Shown here: piece by piece, positions 59,272 to 64,000 of the stretch
Layout: each line of letters opens with the position of its first letter
Position numbering within the stretch: the first letter of the stretch is position 1
NCBI GenBank assembly: GCA_963804165.1
Contig: CAWDPO010000003.1
Span: forward strand, 224,001 to 288,000
DNA from: an uncultured delta proteobacterium
GTDB lineage: Bacteria > Desulfobacterota > Binatia > UBA9968
DNA: 64,000 nt
Reading direction: 5' to 3'
The notes under the pieces: model-generated
Databases searched by the model: none
What the model was told of the DNA's origin: nothing
The model's input: only the letters and a program-made list of their open reading frames with translations
Position numbers and translations under genes: made by a program

Positions 59272-60210
59272 TTACAACAGAAAGGAACGAACCCTGCAAA
59301 TTAACCGAAATACGAAAAAATAGTAACAAGCGTGTAGGGGCAACCCCTGTGGTTGCCCGTTCAAAGAGGGCAGGCACGGGGGCCTGCCCCTACAAAAATA
59401 AACCCCAGACCCGGAGCCCAACAGCTTTTTCACGTTCGATACGGGTTCGTAAACCACCGCCTGTTTGATCGCGGCGTCGATTTTCGTCGCCATCGGATTG
59501 CGGATTTCTTCGGCGATGTGACCGATGGCGCCGAGGGTCCTACCGATCAGCGCGAATGCCTTGGTGATTTGCCACGGGTAACCCATGTCCAACGCGATGG
59601 CGCCGATGGCGCCGGTGACGTTGACCGGGATTAACCGTTTGCGCCGTTCGGAGGCGAGCGCAGAGAGCTTTTGGATCAGCTCGCAATACTTGCCGTAAAC
59701 GCCGGTTTCTTTGGCGATGCCGAGTAGCGTGTCGACGCGCGGGTCGCCTTCGGCATGTGTGCGATGGCCGATGCCGGGCATGCGCTGTTTTCTTTTGTTG
59801 TAATCGTCGATGATGGACGCGGCGATCGCGTCCAGGTCGGGATTCGCCACGTCTACGGGAAGCGCGTCGACGAGCATTTTTGCCGACCATTCCGACGACC
59901 CCAGGTGCACGCTGCCGGCGCCACACAGTGCCGCGGCCACCGCCGCTTGCATGGCCTCGGGCGCGCAATGATAAATGAGCCGCGCCGCGATAACGTGGGA
60001 AACTAGCCCATGTTCGACGAGTATAATCAGAAGCGCATCGAGCATTTTGGCTTCATTGGGCGTCGGTAACCGTCCGCGTAATATGAGCGAAGTCATCTCC
60101 GTAAAAGTGATCTTGCCGACCAACTCTTTATTCAAATCATAGCCGCGCACGAGTATGCGATGCAGTTCCGCATTGCCGATGCCCGTGACGATCTTAACGG
60201 GTTCCGCCAT
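59272..60210 (-). CDS. Citryl-CoA lyase / citrate synthase-like protein; 3' end uncertain because the ORF runs through a REP doublet
   Basis: VRGYDL..LVG, EHGL, SVHLG, PGIGH..H..DPR, PVNVTGAI, RTLGAIGHIAEE. Confidence 0.85.
   Translation of the reverse strand: MAEPVKIVTGIGNAELHRILVRGYDLNKELVGKITFTEMTSLILRGRLPTPNEAKMLDALLIILVEHGLVSHVIAARLIYHCAPEAMQAAVAAALCGAGSVHLGSSEWSAKMLVDALPVDVANPDLDAIAASIIDDYNKRKQRMPGIGHRTHAEGDPRVDTLLGIAKETGVYGKYCELIQKLSALASERRKRLIPVNVTGAIGAIALDMGYPWQITKAFALIGRTLGAIGHIAEEIRNPMATKIDAAIKQAVVYEPVSNVKKLLGSGSGVYFCRGRPPCLPSLNGQPQGLPLHACYYFFVFRLICRVRSFLL
59334..59393. repeat. Inverted GTAG-REP doublet
   Basis: GTAGGGGCAACCCCTGTGGTTGCCC ... GGGCAGGCACGGGGGCCTGCCCCTAC. Confidence 0.8.
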
Positions 60211-60482
60211 GTTTTAATTCCTCCAAGAAAAAGTTTGTGCGAATGGATAGTAAGCTACGTTGTTGCCGATCGTCAAACGGCGAACAACGGGGTTTAAAGT
60301 TCAACGTTCAATGTTCAAGGCATGTGCTGAACGTAGTGAAGGACAGATCCTTCGAAGCTCAGGATGCGCGAGGCGCGCACCTGGAACCTTGAACTAGACG
60401 TGCGGAATGGTCGGTTTATTTCTCCTGATATTTGTGTGTAATATGCCCGCAAGTTAACGAGCCAATAGGAAGCAGCTGCACG

Positions 60483-61727
60483 ATGGGCGATTATATTAAG
60501 GAACACTACGATTTCCCGCTGACCCAAAAAAGCGCGAATAAACCACTTAAAGGCGTGCGTGTTATCGATGCCGGCAACATGGTCGCGGCGCCGTTCGCGA
60601 CGGTATTGCTCGCCGACTTCGGCGCGGACGTGATTAAGATTGAGCATCCAAAATACGGTGACGGCCAGCGCAAGCTGGAGCCGATTATGAATGGTATCCC
60701 ACTTTGGTGGAAATCGGTGGCGCGCAATAAGCGCTGCATCACACTCGATCTGGGGAAGCCGGAAGGCGCAGAAATTTTTAAACAGCTGATCAAAGGCACG
60801 GACGTGATCGTGGAAAACTACCGCCCCGGAACCTTCGAGAAGTGGGGCATTGGGCCTGACGTGATTCGAACAATCGATCCGCGGATCATTCTTTTGCGTA
60901 TCTCGGGATTCGGCCAGACCGGCCCATACAAAACTCGCGCGGGCTTTGGCCGCGTCGCTGAAGCGATGAGCGGACTTACCAATCTCATCGGCGAGCCGGA
61001 CGGGCCGCCGATGTCGCCCGGATATCCACTCGGCGACCTGATCGCGGGCATTTTCGGCTCGCTCTCCGTCATGATGGCGCTGTATCACCGCGATCTACGC
61101 GGCGGTGAGGGGCAGGTGATCGATCTCGCGCTCTTCGAGGCAGTTTTTCGTTTTTTGGATTTCGACCCGATCCAATACGACCAGATGAAAGTCGTCCATA
61201 AGCGCACCGGCAACCGCGTCGCTTATGTCGCGCCGAGTTCCATGTTCAGAACGAAGGACGGGAAATACCTCACGCTCGCTGCCAGCACGCAGAGCGTGTG
61301 GTTGCGATTGGCCGAGGCTATCGGCCGCAAAGACCTTACAACCGATCCGAAGTTTATCGATAACTCGGCGCGGGTAGAAAATTCCGTGGAGTGTAACGGC
61401 ATCGTTGGCGCCTGGATTGAGCAACACAGCCGCGATGAAGTGATCGAACACTTCGACAAGCATGGCGTGGCTTACTCCGCCGTCTTCGACATGGAAGACG
61501 CCTTCCGCGATGTTCAATATCGAGCCCGCGAAGCGATGGTGCGCGTCCCCGACGCCGACCTCGGCGAGGCGATCGTGCAGAACGTCGTACCCAAGTTTTC
61601 CGCAACCCCCGGCTCGGTGGATTTTCTCGGCCCACAAATGGGTGCCCAAAACGAGGAAATTTTTTGTGGCGAGCTCGGGCTGTCCAAAGAACGACTGCAA
61701 GCGCTTAAAGACGCCGGAATCATTTAG
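60483..61727 (+). CDS. Class III (CaiB/BaiF) CoA-transferase
   Basis: LADFGADVIKIEHP, RNKRCITLDL, ENYRPG, SGFGQTGPY, LGDLIAG with the catalytic Asp. Confidence 0.93.
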   Translation: MGDYIKEHYDFPLTQKSANKPLKGVRVIDAGNMVAAPFATVLLADFGADVIKIEHPKYGDGQRKLEPIMNGIPLWWKSVARNKRCITLDLGKPEGAEIFKQLIKGTDVIVENYRPGTFEKWGIGPDVIRTIDPRIILLRISGFGQTGPYKTRAGFGRVAEAMSGLTNLIGEPDGPPMSPGYPLGDLIAGIFGSLSVMMALYHRDLRGGEGQVIDLALFEAVFRFLDFDPIQYDQMKVVHKRTGNRVAYVAPSSMFRTKDGKYLTLAASTQSVWLRLAEAIGRKDLTTDPKFIDNSARVENSVECNGIVGAWIEQHSRDEVIEHFDKHGVAYSAVFDMEDAFRDVQYRAREAMVRVPDADLGEAIVQNVVPKFSATPGSVDFLGPQMGAQNEEIFCGELGLSKERLQALKDAGII

Positions 61728-61857
61728 CTCCTCTGTTACTTCGCGCGCGGAGGGGTGAAACAGATTTGATCTCTATCGCGGTTTCTGCCGTCGAGTGTCC
61801 GGTTTACTGAACGACCCTCGGCTCTAAGCCGAGCGGTTCTCAACGTGTCGACGAGTG

Positions 61858-61987
61858 GACTGTAACAGTTGATTCGCATCTGTATATTTGGCGCTCTTCG
61901 ACGCGCTCAGGGCGAGCGGACTAAAAAAGCCGTTCGTAGTGAGGCTCTCGAGCCATGAACGGAAGACGCCATTCACGTGTTACAGTC
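61858..61987. mobile_element. 130-bp MITE-like element with 10-bp terminal inverted repeats enclosing a REP-like pair
   Basis: GACTGTAACA ... TGTTACAGTC; internal TTCGACGCGCTCAGGGCGAGCGG and CCGTTCGTAGTGAG..GAACGG. Confidence 0.6.
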
Positions 61988-62013
61988 TACTAATAGAAGT
62001 CGATTTCATTATC

Positions 62014-62089
62014 CGTCATTCCCGCGCAGGCTGAATCCAGGCTAATTTAGTCGCGTAAGTCGAACCTGGATGCCTCCGCCGGCATGACG
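62014..62089. repeat. GTCATT-type REP-like inverted pair
   Basis: CGTCATTCCCGCGCAGGCTGAATCCAGG ... CCTGGATGCCTCCGCCGGCATGACG. Confidence 0.65.
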
Positions 62090-62152
62090 ATTTGTGTCGT
62101 CAGTCAAGGCGGGGTTGTAAGCATCCTTGGTAGAGCCATAAATCCGTTGGAA

Positions 62153-63415
62153 CTATTTTGGTGCGGGAAGTTTTGGGTAGATCAACCGCCAGCGTTCGTC
62201 GCCGTTAATCTTTGAAATTGTTCCGATCGCTTGCTCGTATCTGGGTTCGCGGTATTGAAGCGCTGCGCGCCTCAGCAAAGGGGCGAGCTTCTCGGGCTGA
62301 AAAGCCGAGATCTGCTTGTAGGGCCACGGTTTCACGCCGGTCGCGAAAGGCATCAGCCGATCCAGAGCTTTACGAATACTTCGTGTATCGTCCGTTTGGA
62401 AATTCCAAAGGTGAGCTCCCAGTTTTTCTCCGATCGCCGCCGCGGTAAAGAACGCCTCGAGGTTGAAAACGGCATAGTTCCACCCCTGCGTGCGCGCAAA
62501 CTCGCGCGGCTGGCGGCCGTCGGGTTCAATCTGCTTGGCGATGCGCTTGACGCCAAATTCACCCATGACTTTCATCGCCACCTCGCCACGACCGACAAAA
62601 AGCGCGAACCCGGCGATTTGCACGTCGTACCACGTGCCGTGATTGTTGTCCGCTTTCGCTGCGATTTTTCCTTCCGCACTTTCGATAAGCCAGGTCAGGT
62701 AAGAGTTGAACCAGGTTTGCAATTGCTCGTGATCCGTTTCCGCCCACGACTTTGAACCCACGAGCAACCCGACCGAATCAAGCAGCTCGGGCAGATTGTG
62801 TGTTTCGATAATACCGTCGCCGCGCCCTTGGTTCCGACCAGGAATCGATTGAGCATAGCGAAGATGTGGATTCATTTTGGTCGTCGCATCAAAAAACCAA
62901 ACCCGCAGCGTCTTCGCGGCGTGAGCGGCGTAGGCTTCACGGTCTGTGAAAAGATAGCCGAGCGCGAGCGTCTTTACGGTTTGGATCATGTTGTCGAGTC
63001 TTTTCCGGTCCGAGGTCTGGTCACGTTCGGGATTCACTTCGCCGTCGCGGCGAACATAAGGCAGACCGGTTGCCGTGTTCGGATTGGGCCACCAGTACGG
63101 GGCGTTGCTCATGTAATCATGCCTATCGCCGCCAGGCGAAGTGATCTCTTTTTCCGTTACTGAAAATGGTCCGCCGAGAAGTGCCCGATCGGCATCGCGC
63201 TTGAGCTTATCTAACGACGGCGTCAACGAGGCGTCGCCGGCTTGCAGCAGCTGTTTAACCTTGGCTAAGGCGGACCCTTCAAGAATAAGTAGCGGCGGCG
63301 GTTCGGTGGCGTAGCTTGCGCTAGGCAAGGCCGCAACAACTAGAGAAAACACAAGGAGCGCGAAGGCCGCGATGACCGTCGGTCGAACTCCGGCTTCTTC
63401 GAACCTACGACCCAT
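62153..63415 (-). CDS. Exported alginate lyase family protein
   Basis: Signal peptide; HDYMS.APYWWP, YVRRDGEVNP, TKMNPHL, NNHGTWYD, QIEPDGRQP.E..RT. Confidence 0.85.
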   Translation of the reverse strand: MGRRFEEAGVRPTVIAAFALLVFSLVVAALPSASYATEPPPLLILEGSALAKVKQLLQAGDASLTPSLDKLKRDADRALLGGPFSVTEKEITSPGGDRHDYMSNAPYWWPNPNTATGLPYVRRDGEVNPERDQTSDRKRLDNMIQTVKTLALGYLFTDREAYAAHAAKTLRVWFFDATTKMNPHLRYAQSIPGRNQGRGDGIIETHNLPELLDSVGLLVGSKSWAETDHEQLQTWFNSYLTWLIESAEGKIAAKADNNHGTWYDVQIAGFALFVGRGEVAMKVMGEFGVKRIAKQIEPDGRQPREFARTQGWNYAVFNLEAFFTAAAIGEKLGAHLWNFQTDDTRSIRKALDRLMPFATGVKPWPYKQISAFQPEKLAPLLRRAALQYREPRYEQAIGTISKINGDERWRLIYPKLPAPK

Positions 63416-63427
63416 CGCTCGGGCTGC

Positions 63428-64000
63428 TCAACGGGCGGCGTCAAATGCAAGTTTCAAAATGCGCTGGATCATTCTCGGATAACTGAGGCCCGCCTTCGCG
63501 GTGGACTGGGCGAATTCGTCGTCGCCGTCGAGGTTGGGATTGGGGTTGGCCTCGAGGATGACGATCTCGCCCTCGGGGGTCACGCGCAGATCGATGCGGC
63601 CGTAGCCGTGAATGCGCAGCGCGCGATAAACGGCTTTGCAGATTTTGACAATGCGCTGACCGGTGCCGTTGGCAAACGGCTCGGCAAAAACATTTTGGAT
63701 GCCCCAGCGTTTTCGATAGGCGTCGTCCCACTTGGCCTTGAACGTGGAAAACTTCGGCTGGCCGTCGGGGACTTCGGTGAAGATCACTTCGCGAAAAGGA
63801 AAGACTCGCAGCCGCTCATTGCCCAATAGACTGACGTAAATCTCTCTTCCCTCGATGTATTCCTCGGCGAGGGCAGGCTGATTCATGCGCTCGTGGATGA
63901 AGCGAATTCTTTCCTCGAAGGCTTCGTCGTTTTCGACGAAAGAGTCCAAGGAGATGCCATAGGACGCTTCCTCGGCGACGGGCTTGATGAACAGCGGAAA
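63428..64000 (-). CDS. D-Ala-D-Ala ligase-like ATP-grasp protein, 5' part outside the window
   Basis: FIKPVAEEASYGI, EEYIEGRE, YGRIDLR, LEANPNP. Confidence 0.85.
   Translation of the reverse strand, partial: FPLFIKPVAEEASYGISLDSFVENDEAFEERIRFIHERMNQPALAEEYIEGREIYVSLLGNERLRVFPFREVIFTEVPDGQPKFSTFKAKWDDAYRKRWGIQNVFAEPFANGTGQRIVKICKAVYRALRIHGYGRIDLRVTPEGEIVILEANPNPNLDGDDEFAQSTAKAGLSYPRMIQRILKLAFDAAR

Noticed and set aside
59272-59420. C-terminal extension of the citryl-CoA lyase-like protein
   Set aside because: It translates REP DNA, so a missed stop or indel is more likely than a real domain

Overview
A GC-rich bacterial window. Its many orphan solute-binding proteins (SBPs), class III CoA-transferases, Rieske oxygenases, amidohydrolases and short intergenic repeat families resemble Candidatus Binatia; that taxonomy is an inference only. 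About 10 genes carry isolated frameshifts, most likely long-read indel errors. Main content: (i) catabolic genes for aromatics and organic acids; (ii) about 15 SBPs, nearly all without permeases; (iii) a probable sigma54-driven cluster at 8.6-18.5 kb of exported proteins (double rhodanese, small acidic protein, variant vanadium haloperoxidase/PAP2, amidohydrolase, SBP, histidine phosphatase) with its own Cache-HAMP kinase and NtrC-type activator; (iv) a glycosylglycerate operon at 27.8-35.9 kb with a one-step synthase, a USP-USP-GpgS fusion, a phosphatase and a sugar ABC importer whose ATPase appears to start at ATC, behind a long structured leader; (v) a second ~260-nt structured intergenic RNA candidate at 36.7-36.95 kb; (vi) a 41-aa lipoprotein missed by the ORF track, with a sigma54 promoter, divergent from an orphan NtrC-type activator; (vii) a Phd-PIN toxin-antitoxin pair, two pseudogenes and several REP/MITE/tandem repeat families. 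No rRNA, tRNA, CRISPR array or transposase was recognised. All calls come from manual motif reading; no searches or folding programs were run.
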